Assembly: GCA_017646805.1 (NCBI GenBank)
Contig: JAGCLW010000053.1
Span: forward strand, 22,088-86,087
Reading direction: 5' to 3'
From: Paludibacteraceae bacterium
GTDB lineage: Bacteria; Bacteroidota; Bacteroidia; Bacteroidales; Paludibacteraceae
DNA length: 64,000 nt
In this document: positions 1 through 9,403 of the stretch, piece after piece
Numbering within the stretch: position 1 is the first letter of the stretch
How the letters are laid out: each line of letters begins with the position of its first letter
Notes under the pieces: model-generated
The model's database searches: none
The model's input: only the letters and a program-made list of their open reading frames with translations
What the model was told of the DNA's origin: nothing
Program-made: the position numbers and the translations under genes

Positions 1-1
1 A

Positions 2-673
2 ACTTATCATGGTAGCGACATCAATATTCCCAACGTGCTACGTTTTTCAAAAATAACCATGAATTTATCCGCATGGAATATTTTTGTTTCAGAAAAATGT
101 CTCCATATTGCAAAACAAAAAAATAAATTCTCCTTATTGCCTTGCGGAATTGATTTGCCTATTTACAACGAAACGGATATTGCTGCAATAAAAAAACAAT
201 TAAATTGGCAAGAAGAAAAAAAACACGTTTTGTTTGCCGGAGCTTTTGATAATACGGTAAAAAATGCACCTTTGGCAAAAGAAGCAATTCGTTTGCTAAA
301 AAACACAGAATTGATTGAACTCAAAGGATATACACGCGAACAAGTAACATCGTTATTGTATGCCTCAGATGTATTTTTGATGACATCTTTTACCGAAGGC
401 TCTCCTCAAGTGATAAAAGAAGCAATGGCTTGCGGTTGTCCTATCGTCAGTGTAAATGTAGGAGATGTTGCCGAACGAATAGAAGGATTGGAAGGTTGTT
501 TCGTTGTTGAACGAAATCCTCAAGAAATTGCAAAAAAAATTCAACAAGCACTATCTTTTGCTCGTCGTACTAATGGTCGGAAACACATCATAAAAATGGA
601 ACTAACCAATGATTTGGTGGCGAAAAAGTTAGTAGAAATATATAAACAAATTATATCCAAAAAACAAAATTAA
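2..673 (+). CDS. Glycosyltransferase, GT1/GT4-type (GT-B fold), 5'-truncated by window edge
   Basis: The frame is open from base 2 (TYHGSDINIPN...). The C-terminal EGSPQVIKEAMACGCPIVS..VGD motif is the GT1 E-x7-E region. Confidence 0.8.
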   Translation, partial: TYHGSDINIPNVLRFSKITMNLSAWNIFVSEKCLHIAKQKNKFSLLPCGIDLPIYNETDIAAIKKQLNWQEEKKHVLFAGAFDNTVKNAPLAKEAIRLLKNTELIELKGYTREQVTSLLYASDVFLMTSFTEGSPQVIKEAMACGCPIVSVNVGDVAERIEGLEGCFVVERNPQEIAKKIQQALSFARRTNGRKHIIKMELTNDLVAKKLVEIYKQIISKKQN

Positions 674-694
674 CATACAACTTGAAGGGATTTT

Positions 695-1711
695 ATGACT
701 CAAACCCAACACATAACAATAAATACTGAAAAAACACACATTGATAAAAATCAATGGAAAAATTTAGAAAATTCAACTACTGCCAGCATTTTTCAAACCG
801 AAGAAATGTATGATTTCTACGCTTCATTGCCAGAAATATTTATTCCATTTGTTGTCAGTGTAGAAGAATCAAAATCGCTAAAAGGAATCATCGTTGGTTA
901 TATCACAAAAGAATCTTCAAAAATAAAACATGAACTAACCAAAAGAGCCATCATCATAGGCGGACCAATGTTGTCAGATGATATAAGCAAAGAGGCTCTT
1001 TCTCAATTATTATCAGCCACTTGTTCTTATTTGAAACACAAAGCAATATACATCGAAACTCGCAATTTTAACGATTACGATTTTTACAAAAATATATTTG
1101 AAAAATGTGGATTTGAATATAAACAACATCTGAATTTCAAAATAGACACAACGAGCGAAGATATTGTAAATAAAAACATGGGAAAAAGTCGAAAACGCGA
1201 CGCAAAAGCAGCCATGAAACGAGGTGCAGAAATCGACGAAAACCCAAATTATGAAGATTTGAAAGACTACTACGATATACTAAAAAATTTATATAAAACC
1301 CGAGTTAAAACGCCTTTGTTTCCTTTCTCTTTTTTCAAAAAATTATACGAAAACGACTATTGCAAATTCATATTAGTAAAACACGAAAACAAAGTGATTG
1401 GCGGCACAGTCTGTGTCGGACACGAAGGAAAAACGCTATACGAATGGTTCGCTTGTGGAAAAGATTACGAATACAAATCATTATATCCATCAAATCTGGC
1501 TACTTATGCGGGCATTATGTATGCAACAAAACATGGCTATGAATGTTTTGACATGATGGGAGCCGGAAAGCCAAACGAAGGTTATGGCGTAAGAGAATTT
1601 AAAGCTAAATTTGGAGGAAAATTAGTAGAATACGGCAGATTCTTATGCATAAACAATAAAATATTGTATTTCATAGGAAAATGTGCTGTGACATTACTAA
1701 AATTGAAATAA
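695..1711 (+). CDS. FemAB-like / GNAT-fold acyl(aminoacyl)transferase
   Basis: 338 aa. The C-terminal half ([13 protein letters not shown]...[24 protein letters not shown]) resembles FemAB-type peptidoglycan-bridge transferases and the FemAB-like GNAT family found in glycan loci. Confidence 0.6.
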   Translation: MTQTQHITINTEKTHIDKNQWKNLENSTTASIFQTEEMYDFYASLPEIFIPFVVSVEESKSLKGIIVGYITKESSKIKHELTKRAIIIGGPMLSDDISKEALSQLLSATCSYLKHKAIYIETRNFNDYDFYKNIFEKCGFEYKQHLNFKIDTTSEDIVNKNMGKSRKRDAKAAMKRGAEIDENPNYEDLKDYYDILKNLYKTRVKTPLFPFSFFKKLYENDYCKFILVKHENKVIGGTVCVGHEGKTLYEWFACGKDYEYKSLYPSNLATYAGIMYATKHGYECFDMMGAGKPNEGYGVREFKAKFGGKLVEYGRFLCINNKILYFIGKCAVTLLKLK

Positions 1712-1713
1712 AT

Positions 1714-2193
1714 ATGAACTTAAAAAATACTTTTTATCGAATAAAAAACGCCTTGATTTATAAAATTGGAGTTCATTTTCCATATAGCAAAGTCCGTGTC
1801 TGGTCATTGAAAAAAATGGGATATGAAATAGGCGATCATGTTTATGTAGCTCAGGACTTGTGTCTTACTCAAAATTTTGTAAATAACAGAGGACGCTTAA
1901 GACTTGGCAACAGAGTGTCTATAGCTCCACATGTTGTGATTATTCTTGTCTCTCATGCCAATTTTTCAAAAATAAGAAATGCCACAACTTCTCAAAAAAG
2001 TAGCAATGTGAACATTGGCAACGATGTATGGATAGGAGCAGGTTCGATAATCCTAAATGGCGTAAATATAGGCGACGGAGCGGTAATCGGTGCAGGTAGC
2101 GTAGTGACAAAAGACGTGAATCCTTACGAAATAGTAGCAGGCAATCCTGCACGTGTTATAAAAAAAATTGAAAGAAATGAACTTACTGATTGA
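1714..2193 (+). CDS. Hexapeptide-repeat O-acetyltransferase (left-handed beta-helix, Mac/WbbJ-like)
   Basis: Carries hexapeptide repeats ([31 protein letters not shown]). I moved the start to ATG 1714, just after the stop of the upstream gene. Confidence 0.85.
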   Translation: MNLKNTFYRIKNALIYKIGVHFPYSKVRVWSLKKMGYEIGDHVYVAQDLCLTQNFVNNRGRLRLGNRVSIAPHVVIILVSHANFSKIRNATTSQKSSNVNIGNDVWIGAGSIILNGVNIGDGAVIGAGSVVTKDVNPYEIVAGNPARVIKKIERNELTD

Positions 2194-3265
2194 TATTTGC
2201 CACCCGGCACATGTACATTTGCTTAAAAATATTTACAAACGACTGATAGAAAATGGCAACGATGTCACTGTCACAGTGAAAGATCTCCCGGTTGCAATAA
2301 AACTTTTAGAAATATACGACATTCCTTATGTGTATATCGGTCAAAAAAGCGACTCTATAGGAAAAAAAGGACTTATGCAACTTTTGTACGACTTCAAATT
2401 ATGGAAAATTGCATTAAAAAAACGCATCGATGTTGGAGTCGGAACATCAGTAACAATTGCTCATGTGAGCAAATTATCAAAAATGAAAAGCATAATTCTT
2501 GACGATGACGACGATGAAGTTGAACCTTTGTTTGTAAAATACGCTCACAGATTCGCCGATTCGATAATGACACCGGTAGGAACGCATAGAAAATCGCCAA
2601 AAACTGTTTTTTATCCTTCCTATCATGCGTTGGCTCACTTGCATCCAAATTATTTCAAACCAGATCCTTCCGTGCTAAAAGAAGCGGGCGTAAAAGAAGG
2701 CGAAAAATTCTTCGTCATGCGATTCAATGCCTTCAAAGCTCATCATGACGTCGGCGTCGTCGGACTTACCATAGAAAACAAACGCAGACTTGTCGATTTG
2801 TTAAGCAAACAAGGAAAAGTCTTCATCACAACAGAAAAAAACATTGATGATGAGTTCAAAAAATACCAAATAAAACTTTCTCCCGAAAAAGTCCATTCTC
2901 TCATGTATTATGCGACAATGTTTGTTGGCGACAGTCAATCCATGACCTCGGAAGCGGCAATTCTCGGCACACCGGCAATAAGATGCAACACATTTGTGGG
3001 GAAATTACATACTCTAAATGAAATAGAAAGAAAATACGATATGACATACGGATTTCTACCACAAGATTCTGAAAAAATGTTCAAAAAAATTGAAGAACTT
3101 CTTGCTCTACCCAACTTAAAAGAATGGTGGAAAGAAAAACGAGACAACCTTTTGGCTGAAAAAATAGATTACACTGCATTTTTGACTTGGTTTATCGAAA
3201 ATTATCCACAATCCATACAACAATCACAAAATGCAACACCAGAATTTTGGGAACAATTTAAATAA
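2168..3265 (+). CDS. DUF354-family protein (GT-B/epimerase-like fold, function unknown)
   Basis: The N-terminus [18 protein letters not shown] matches the characteristic DUF354 start. It overlaps the preceding gene by 26 nt, which suggests coupled translation. Confidence 0.65.
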   Translation: MKEMNLLIDICHPAHVHLLKNIYKRLIENGNDVTVTVKDLPVAIKLLEIYDIPYVYIGQKSDSIGKKGLMQLLYDFKLWKIALKKRIDVGVGTSVTIAHVSKLSKMKSIILDDDDDEVEPLFVKYAHRFADSIMTPVGTHRKSPKTVFYPSYHALAHLHPNYFKPDPSVLKEAGVKEGEKFFVMRFNAFKAHHDVGVVGLTIENKRRLVDLLSKQGKVFITTEKNIDDEFKKYQIKLSPEKVHSLMYYATMFVGDSQSMTSEAAILGTPAIRCNTFVGKLHTLNEIERKYDMTYGFLPQDSEKMFKKIEELLALPNLKEWWKEKRDNLLAEKIDYTAFLTWFIENYPQSIQQSQNATPEFWEQFK

Positions 3266-3315
3266 ATTTTTTCATCAAAAAATAAATTTCCATTTTTTAT
3301 AAAATCAAACCCCAA

Positions 3316-4839
3316 ATGAAAAAAATATTAATTTTCTCACTCATTTTATTCTCTTTATCCTCAACAATTATCGCCCAATCCAAACGAGAAATGCGTGCCG
3401 CATGGATCGCAACTGTCGTAAATATCGATTGGCCTTCAAAAAAGGGAATGAGTACCGATTCTATGAAAATGGAACTTGTTGACTTAATCGATAAATTCAA
3501 AGAAAACAACTTAAATACCGTTATTTTTCAAGCACGACCTTGTGCCGACGCTTTCTACAAATCTCAAATCGAACCTTGGAGCGAATACCTGATGGGAAAA
3601 CAAGGTGTTGCTCCCGACGATGACACTTTTGATCCTCTTCATTTTATTATTGAAGAATGTCATAAACGATGCATGGAACTACACGTTTGGATCAATCCTT
3701 ATCGTGTATTAATGACCGACAACGTTTCTCAATTGGACTCCACTCACCTTTACTTCAAACAACCCGATTTGTTCGTTTCTTACGGAAAAAAAATATATTT
3801 CAATCCGGCAAAAGAAGAAACAAAAACTCATTTGCTAAACGTCGTATCCGACATCGTCAGCCGTTACGATATTGACGCATTACACATGGACGACTATTTT
3901 TATCCCTATCCTATCGCAGGCGAAAAATTTCCTGACGAAAAAGATTTCAAAAAAAATCCTCGAGGATTTTCAAACATCGGAGATTGGAGACGAGACAACG
4001 TAAATACCACAATTCGAGATATTTATCGCACAATTAAAAGAATCAAACCTTGGGTGGATTTTGGCATTTCTCCCTTTGGAACTTGGCGACACAAAAGCGA
4101 TGATAAAGAAGGTAGCAATACACAAAAAGGTCTGACAAACTACGATCATCTTTATGCCGATGTTCTCACTTGGTTAAAAAATGGCGAAGTCGACTATATC
4201 GCTCCCCAACTCTATTGGTACATCGGACAAAAAAATGTGGATTACGCCATTCTGGCTCCTTGGTGGGCAAAAAACGCACACAAAACAAATCTTTACATCG
4301 GACTTTACGCCTCATCTCTCGGATTGGAAAATCGACCAAAACAATGGTATAAACCAAACGAACTGATTCGCCAAATCAATCTCAATAGAAAACATGAGGA
4401 AATCAAAGGCGAAATGTTTTACAGTGCAAAATATTTCATTCAAAACCTTTACGGACTCAACGATTCTCTTCAACAAAAAAACTATTATTATCCGGCAATT
4501 CCGCCAATGTCTCAACGTGTGGAATGGCGAAACGATACGCCTATTTCAGAACCAACAATACAAAATATTGACAAAAAAACATTTCTTCAATGGAAAAATC
4601 AAATAAAGAAAAATAATCCAAACCCAAAAGGAGAAGATATTTCTTATTACATAATATACGTATTTGAAGGCGACGAAATCGGAGATCTAAATAACGCAAA
4701 ACACATTTTATCAATCACACAAGAAAATCAAATCGACATCACGCCATTCATTATTGACAAAAAACAAAATTACACATTTGCCATCACAACAATCAACAAA
4801 TTCAGAGCCGAAAGCATTCCTGTAATTATTTCAAAATAA
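3316..4839 (+). CDS. Secreted glycoside-hydrolase-like family 10 (GHL10/DUF187, YngK-like) protein
   Basis: Has a signal peptide (MKKILIFSLILFSLSSTIIAQ). The REMRAAWIATVVNIDWPS and LHMDDYFYP motifs are typical of GHL10. Confidence 0.7.
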   Translation: MKKILIFSLILFSLSSTIIAQSKREMRAAWIATVVNIDWPSKKGMSTDSMKMELVDLIDKFKENNLNTVIFQARPCADAFYKSQIEPWSEYLMGKQGVAPDDDTFDPLHFIIEECHKRCMELHVWINPYRVLMTDNVSQLDSTHLYFKQPDLFVSYGKKIYFNPAKEETKTHLLNVVSDIVSRYDIDALHMDDYFYPYPIAGEKFPDEKDFKKNPRGFSNIGDWRRDNVNTTIRDIYRTIKRIKPWVDFGISPFGTWRHKSDDKEGSNTQKGLTNYDHLYADVLTWLKNGEVDYIAPQLYWYIGQKNVDYAILAPWWAKNAHKTNLYIGLYASSLGLENRPKQWYKPNELIRQINLNRKHEEIKGEMFYSAKYFIQNLYGLNDSLQQKNYYYPAIPPMSQRVEWRNDTPISEPTIQNIDKKTFLQWKNQIKKNNPNPKGEDISYYIIYVFEGDEIGDLNNAKHILSITQENQIDITPFIIDKKQNYTFAITTINKFRAESIPVIISK

Positions 4840-4846
4840 AAACGTT

Positions 4847-5578
4847 ATGAAAGCCATGATTTTTGCTGCCGGATTAGGCACCCGACTCAAACCGCTAACC
4901 GATACAATGCCCAAAGCAATGGTTCCCATCGCAGGAAAACCTCTGCTTGAGCACACCATCGAACGAATCAAATCGGTAGGAATCAAGCACATCATCATCA
5001 ATGTTCATCACTTTGCAGATCAAATCATTGATTTTTTAAACTCAAAAAACAATTTTGACATTCACATCGATATTTCTGACGAACGAGACGAACTATTAGA
5101 AACCGGCGGCGGAATAAAAAAAGCGACAAACTTTCTTGCCGGAAACGAATCCATTCTTATTCACAACGTTGACATTCTCTCTAATGCAGACCTAAACCAG
5201 CTCATCAAAACGCACAACGATAGCCGTGCCGACGCAACTCTTTTGGTAAACAAAAGAAACTCTTCTCGTCATTTACTTTTTGACAAAAAACAACAATTGG
5301 TAGGTTGGGAAAATACAAACACGGGAGAAACAAAATCTGCATACGAAAACTTTGATCCGCAAAATTATCAACCTTTTTCTTTTGCCGGAATCCACATCAT
5401 TTCGCCAACCATTCTAAAAGCAATGCAAAACGAAAAATGGAATGGCAAATTCTCCATCATTGATTTTTATCTACAATCTGTAAAAGAAATAACAATTCTC
5501 GGTCATCAAGATCCTGAGCTACAACTTCTTGATGTCGGGAAATTGGATTCTCTCGAAAAAGCTGAACTATTCGTATAA
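4847..5578 (+). CDS. Sugar-1-phosphate nucleotidyltransferase, MurU-like (N-acetylmuramate-1-P uridylyltransferase family)
   Basis: The N-terminus MKAMIFAAGLGTRLKPLTDTMPKAMVPIAGKPLLEH and the LETGGGIKKA motif closely follow the Pseudomonas MurU pattern. It starts 7 nt after the GHL10 gene. Confidence 0.75.
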   Translation: MKAMIFAAGLGTRLKPLTDTMPKAMVPIAGKPLLEHTIERIKSVGIKHIIINVHHFADQIIDFLNSKNNFDIHIDISDERDELLETGGGIKKATNFLAGNESILIHNVDILSNADLNQLIKTHNDSRADATLLVNKRNSSRHLLFDKKQQLVGWENTNTGETKSAYENFDPQNYQPFSFAGIHIISPTILKAMQNEKWNGKFSIIDFYLQSVKEITILGHQDPELQLLDVGKLDSLEKAELFV

Positions 5579-5582
5579 AAAA

Positions 5583-5608
5583 AAGCGAGACCTGATTTGG
5601 TCTCGCTT
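5583..5608. terminator. Bidirectional rho-independent terminator between convergent genes
   Basis: 10-bp stem aagcgagacc/ggtctcgctt with a 6-nt loop, flanked by an A-run and a T-run. Confidence 0.75.
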
Positions 5609-5628
5609 CTTCTTTTTCTTCTAAATAA

Positions 5629-6318
5629 TCAGACAAGCATTGGAACAATTATCGGCGTCAAAATCGCTGTCAAAATCCCATTCAACGTCAATCCCAAAGA
5701 GGAATAAGTTCCAACAATCGGACTGACTTCCATCGCCGCCGAAGTTCCTACAGCATGAGATGCCGTCCCGATACTCAAACCTCTGGCTTCCTCCGATTTT
5801 ATTCGAGAAATCCGCACAATCTGTATTCCTGCCAAAGCTCCAAACAATCCCGTACACACAACCGTTGCCACGGTAAGCGAAGGAATTCCTCCTATAACCG
5901 ATGAAATTTCCATGGCGATGGGCGTTGTGACCGATTTTGGTGCCAACGACAAAACAACCTCTCTTGAGGCTCCAAATAGTTGTGCCAACAACACCACACT
6001 AACAATTCCAACCACACAACCAACCAATTGCGATAGTAAAATCGGCAACCATTGCTCTTTTATTTTCTCCAACTGAAGATACAACGGAACGCCCAATGCA
6101 ACCACTGCCGGTTGCAACCAAAAAGCAATAAAATCGCCCGCTTTCTCATACGTTGAATACTCAATGTCAAAACATTGCAAAAAGGCAATCAATGCAAAAA
6201 TCGTCAACAAAATTGGATTTAATAAAAAAAAGCCCGTTTTATTTTGCAAAATCTTCGCCAACAAAAAAAAGAAAAACGTAAGGAAGATCAAAAATATCGG
6301 ATGAGAAACAAATGTCAT
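5629..6318 (-). CDS. lrgB: LrgB/CidB-family membrane protein
   Basis: 229-aa polytopic membrane protein directly downstream of an LrgA-like gene. The sequence fits the LrgB family pattern. Confidence 0.8.
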   Translation of the reverse strand: MTFVSHPIFLIFLTFFFFLLAKILQNKTGFFLLNPILLTIFALIAFLQCFDIEYSTYEKAGDFIAFWLQPAVVALGVPLYLQLEKIKEQWLPILLSQLVGCVVGIVSVVLLAQLFGASREVVLSLAPKSVTTPIAMEISSVIGGIPSLTVATVVCTGLFGALAGIQIVRISRIKSEEARGLSIGTASHAVGTSAAMEVSPIVGTYSSLGLTLNGILTAILTPIIVPMLV

Positions 6319-6321
6319 AAC

Positions 6322-6684
6322 TTATTTTTCTTTTTTCTTTCGATTTTCTTTCAATCTAAACACTATTTCGTGAGACTGCCCGGTGACAATCAAAACCAAA
6401 ATGGTTGACAATATCGTAGCTCCCAAAATAGGAATAATCTGTGCTTTAATCAATCCAAAATGAAGCATCAATGCCACTCCGGGCGGAACGAAAAAAAAGC
6501 CCAAATTCGCAATTAAAAAATCCGTTAAACCTCTCACCCACTCCAACTTTATCCAACCCAATTTCAACAAAAACGTGAGAAGCAACATACCTATAATGCT
6601 CGCCGGAAACTTTATCCCTGTCAAATAAACAATCAGGTCTCCTAAAGCCAAACAACCAAAAAGAATTGCACATTGACGAATCAT
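6322..6684 (-). CDS. lrgA: CidA/LrgA-family holin-like membrane protein
   Basis: 120 aa with four predicted TM helices, paired with lrgB 3 nt downstream. Confidence 0.75.
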   Translation of the reverse strand: MIRQCAILFGCLALGDLIVYLTGIKFPASIIGMLLLTFLLKLGWIKLEWVRGLTDFLIANLGFFFVPPGVALMLHFGLIKAQIIPILGATILSTILVLIVTGQSHEIVFRLKENRKKKEK

Positions 6685-6697
6685 AACTCAAAAAAAA

Positions 6698-7402
6698 TCA
6701 AATTGCTTTATTTTCCATTTCTTTCCACAATGGCTCATTAGGAACAGGAGCAACAATTGTCAACAATTGTTTTATTACCGGATGCAAAAATTCCACACTT
6801 CGTGCATGAAGAGAAATTCCTCCATCTGGATTAGAACGCTTTGCTCCATATTTCAAATCTCCTTTTATCGGAGAACCTATTTTTGCCAACTGACAACGTA
6901 TCTGATGATGTCGTCCCGTTTGCAAATCGACGCTCAAAAGCGTATAATTATCCGATTTTGCTATCGTCTCATACGATAAAATAGCTTCCTTTGCCGAAGA
7001 TTTTTTCACTTCATAAGCATACGATTTATTTTGTTTTTCGTTTCGCAAAAGAAAATGATACAACGTTGCAGACAATTCTTTCGGAGCATTTTTCACAATT
7101 GCCCAATACGTCTTCTTCACCTCATGTTTAGAAAACATTTCGTTCATTCTGCCTAACGCTTTACTTGTACGAGCAAAGACGACAACGCCACTTGTCGGGC
7201 GATCCAATCGATGAGTGACTCCACAAAAAACATTTCCCGGTTTGTCATATTTTTCTTTCAAATATGCCTTGATTTTATCCGGCAACGTTTCATCGCCCGT
7301 CTTATCTCCCTGCACCAAATCCGAACACGTCTTATTCACGACAATCAAATGATTATCTTCGTAAAGAACCGTTATCCCATATTTTTTTTGCAAATCCAAC
7401 AC
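6698..7402 (-). CDS. RluA-family pseudouridine synthase
   Basis: Carries the catalytic motif HRLDRPTSGVVVFA and the downstream GRHHQIR motif. Confidence 0.9.
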   Translation of the reverse strand: MLDLQKKYGITVLYEDNHLIVVNKTCSDLVQGDKTGDETLPDKIKAYLKEKYDKPGNVFCGVTHRLDRPTSGVVVFARTSKALGRMNEMFSKHEVKKTYWAIVKNAPKELSATLYHFLLRNEKQNKSYAYEVKKSSAKEAILSYETIAKSDNYTLLSVDLQTGRHHQIRCQLAKIGSPIKGDLKYGAKRSNPDGGISLHARSVEFLHPVIKQLLTIVAPVPNEPLWKEMENKAI

Positions 7403-7417
7403 AAATAAATCTTTTTT

Positions 7418-8149
7418 TTAACGTTGTTTTACCGCTTCATAAATCAATACTCCGGCCGCCACACTCACATTCAACGACTGAATAATCCCTTTTATTGGAA
7501 TCGAAACCATTTGATCGCATACGCGAAGAATTTCTTTTGAAATTCCAACATCTTCGGCTCCCATCACAATCGCTACCGGATCCGCATAATTGGCTTGCGT
7601 GTACGACATAGTCGCTTTTTCGCTCGCCGCAATGACACTCAATCCGCTTTGTTTCAAATATTTCACTGCTTCAAGCAAATTCGGCTCTCTACAAACAGGA
7701 ATTGTATGCAATGCTCCTGCCGAAGTTTTAATCGCATCGGCATTGGCTGCCGCTCCGCCTTTCATCGGAACAACAATGGCATTCACTCCCGCACATTCAC
7801 ACGTACGAGCTATGGCTCCAAAATTACGCACATCGGTCACGCCGTCAAGCACAACGACAAACGGTGTTTTCCCTTCTTCATACAACGTAGGAATTATATC
7901 CGCTATTCGTTGATATGTCACCGACGACACAAATGCAACCACACCTTGATGATTTTTTCGAGTGAAACGATTCAACTTTTCTACCGGAACTTTTACTATC
8001 GGAACTTGTTGATCTCCCAATGTAGCATACAACTCACGAGTCAATTCGTTGCTCATATCTCTACGCATAAAAATCTTATCGATTTCTTTCCCCGCTTTGA
8101 TCGCTTCTATCGTTGCTCGAAGCCCAAAAATCATATCTTTTTCTTTCAT
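7418..8149 (-). CDS. rlmB: SpoU/TrmH-family 23S rRNA (guanosine-2'-O)-methyltransferase, RlmB-like
   Basis: Has an N-terminal substrate-binding domain plus SpoU motifs (VVLDGVTDVRNFGAIARTCE, IVMGAEDVGIS, IPIKGIIQSLNVSVAAG). Confidence 0.85.
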   Translation of the reverse strand: MKEKDMIFGLRATIEAIKAGKEIDKIFMRRDMSNELTRELYATLGDQQVPIVKVPVEKLNRFTRKNHQGVVAFVSSVTYQRIADIIPTLYEEGKTPFVVVLDGVTDVRNFGAIARTCECAGVNAIVVPMKGGAAANADAIKTSAGALHTIPVCREPNLLEAVKYLKQSGLSVIAASEKATMSYTQANYADPVAIVMGAEDVGISKEILRVCDQMVSIPIKGIIQSLNVSVAAGVLIYEAVKQR

Positions 8150-8171
8150 ATCTCAATATTTTTTCACCGCA

Positions 8172-8179
8172 CAAAGATA
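8172..8179 (-). promoter_or_regulatory. Bacteroidetes -7 promoter box TATCTTTG (rlmB operon)
   Basis: The plus strand reads caaagata. This is an exact TAnnTTTG match 23 nt upstream of the rlmB start. Confidence 0.6.
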
Positions 8180-8196
8180 CGGATTTATTAAGAAAT

Positions 8197-8229
8197 AAAA
8201 AACGCTCACCCATAAGGCAAGCGTTTTTT
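8197..8229 (-). terminator. Rho-independent terminator after the LRR gene
   Basis: Stem aaaacgct/agcgtttt, followed by a T-run on the minus strand. Confidence 0.7.
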
Positions 8230-8249
8230 ATCTTATTCTAAAAAATTTT

Positions 8250-8939
8250 TTATTCAGCAGATTCTACGACATCTTCTTCTATATTCATGAAGTTTTCCCA
8301 TTGTTTTGCCGAAGAAAACGCCTCTTTTGTTCCTGATTTTACGTGCAATATACAAGTACTTGGATCTACTACGTCAAACACGCCTTTTCCCATTTTAGCA
8401 ATTGGAGCATCGCCAAGCAACGTGATCGAAGATAATGTTTTGCAATTTGAATATGCTTCTGCTTCAAGACTTGTAACCGTTTTTGGGAATGTTACTTCTG
8501 TCAAATTATAACAAGCGTAAAATGCTTTTTCACCTACTGCAACAAGATTTTTAGGCAAAATCACATTTTGAATCGTACGTTTTCCGGTTGCATTGCTTGC
8601 TTTGTAAAAAGCATATTGTGGAATCGTTTTCGCTGCATACATTTCGTTCACTTTTTTTGCCTTTTTAGTCACTTTCGTTCCTTCTTCACCGGAATATTCC
8701 ACAATATTTATTTTCGTAAGATCCACAACTTGAAGATTTGGCATACGATCTCGCATGATTGCAAAATCTCTTGCATCGAGCGACCCTGTCAAAATCAAAT
8801 GCGTTATGACTTGCATTTCATTGTACGTAAGTGCTTTTTTTAATCCTCCTGCTGTTACGGCAATGGTTTTTGTCGTTTGTGCGTTAACTGCAAACATCAT
8901 CGATAAAAATACCGAAAGAATAACAATTGTTTTTTTCAT
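8250..8939 (-). CDS. Secreted BspA-type leucine-rich-repeat (LRR_5) protein
   Basis: Has a signal peptide (MKKTIVILSVFLSMMFAVNAQ). Repeats of the IPQYAFY / VAVGEKAFYACYNLTEVTFP / SLEAEAYSNCKTLSSITL type are present. Confidence 0.75.
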   Translation of the reverse strand: MKKTIVILSVFLSMMFAVNAQTTKTIAVTAGGLKKALTYNEMQVITHLILTGSLDARDFAIMRDRMPNLQVVDLTKINIVEYSGEEGTKVTKKAKKVNEMYAAKTIPQYAFYKASNATGKRTIQNVILPKNLVAVGEKAFYACYNLTEVTFPKTVTSLEAEAYSNCKTLSSITLLGDAPIAKMGKGVFDVVDPSTCILHVKSGTKEAFSSAKQWENFMNIEEDVVESAE

Positions 8940-8994
8940 AATATAATTTTTATTTAAAATTTTTACAACGTTTTTTATCTAAACAAAAACAATG

Positions 8995-9002
8995 CAAAAA
9001 TA
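8995..9002 (-). promoter_or_regulatory. -7 promoter box TATTTTTG (LRR gene)
   Basis: The plus strand reads caaaaata, 56 nt upstream of the start codon. Confidence 0.45.
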
Positions 9003-9026
9003 AGAAAAATAACACAAAAAAAAGAA

Positions 9027-9056
9027 AAAAAGGTTAGCGTTTATTCTAACCTTTTT
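9027..9056 (-). terminator. Rho-independent terminator after the tRNA pair
   Basis: Stem aaaaggttag/ctaacctttt, followed by a T-run on the minus strand. Confidence 0.7.
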
Positions 9057-9065
9057 CATTCTCCG

Positions 9066-9139
9066 TAGCGAGAGGCGGACCCGAACCGCCGACCTCATGA
9101 TTATGAATCATGCGCTCTAACCAGCTGAGCTACCTCGCC
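9066..9139 (-). tRNA. tRNA with anticodon CAT (elongator Met, or Ile2 if lysidine-modified)
   Basis: The reverse complement folds as a cloverleaf: GGCGAGG-TA-GCTCAGCTGGTTAGAGC, anticodon loop TTCATAA, T-arm GGCGGTTCGGGTCCGCC. CCA is not encoded. Confidence 0.85.
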
Positions 9140-9151
9140 GTATTTTTTTGT

Positions 9152-9228
9152 TGGCGGTCTGGACGAGACTCGAACTCGCGACCCCATGCGTGACAGGCAT
9201 GTATTCTAACCAACTGAACTACCAGACC
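9152..9228 (-). tRNA. tRNA-Asp (GTC)
   Basis: The reverse complement GGTCTGGTAGTTCAGTTGGTTAGAATACATGCCTGTCACGCATGGGGTCGCGAGTTCGAGTCTCGTCCAGACCGCCA aligns position by position with E. coli tRNA-Asp. CCA is encoded. Confidence 0.95.
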
Positions 9229-9267
9229 CTGCAACTATCAAAGAAACACCTTTCTCAATTGCGAGTG

Positions 9268-9275
9268 CAAAGATA
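9268..9275 (-). promoter_or_regulatory. -7 promoter box TATCTTTG (tRNA-Asp/tRNA-Met unit)
   Basis: The plus strand reads caaagata, 40 nt upstream of the tRNA-Asp 5' end. Confidence 0.6.
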
Positions 9276-9347
9276 ATACTATTTTTTGTTTATCCAAAGT
9301 TTTTTGTTACTTTTTATTTTCTTTTCTTATTTATTTTTCAAAACAAA

Positions 9348-9380
9348 AAAGGTGTGCAATCCTGTTGTTTGCACACCTTT
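9348..9380 (-). terminator. Rho-independent terminator after the type-B cargo gene
   Basis: 12-bp stem aaaggtgtgcaa/ttgcacaccttt with a 9-nt loop, followed by a T-run on the minus strand. Confidence 0.85.
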
Positions 9381-9403
9381 TTGTTGTTTATCCTTTTTTC
9401 AGA

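Noticed and set aside
7595-8191. A 198-aa ORF on the plus strand lies opposite rlmB. Similar long antisense ORFs occur at 12176-12796, 13689-14252, 15286-15984, 25280-25711, 38833-39267, 41494-41931, 44261-44734, 52410-52940 and 62302-62784.
   Set aside because: Each lies entirely inside a well-supported gene on the other strand. Their translations are low-complexity and rich in Cys, Arg, His, Ser and Phe, with no recognisable motifs. They are typical shadow ORFs.
9066-9228. tRNA-Met/tRNA-Asp, and tRNA-Lys at 21505, considered as possible integration sites for mobile elements next to the adhesin operons.
   Set aside because: No integrase, no direct repeat of a tRNA 3' end and no other mobility genes are visible on either side within the window.
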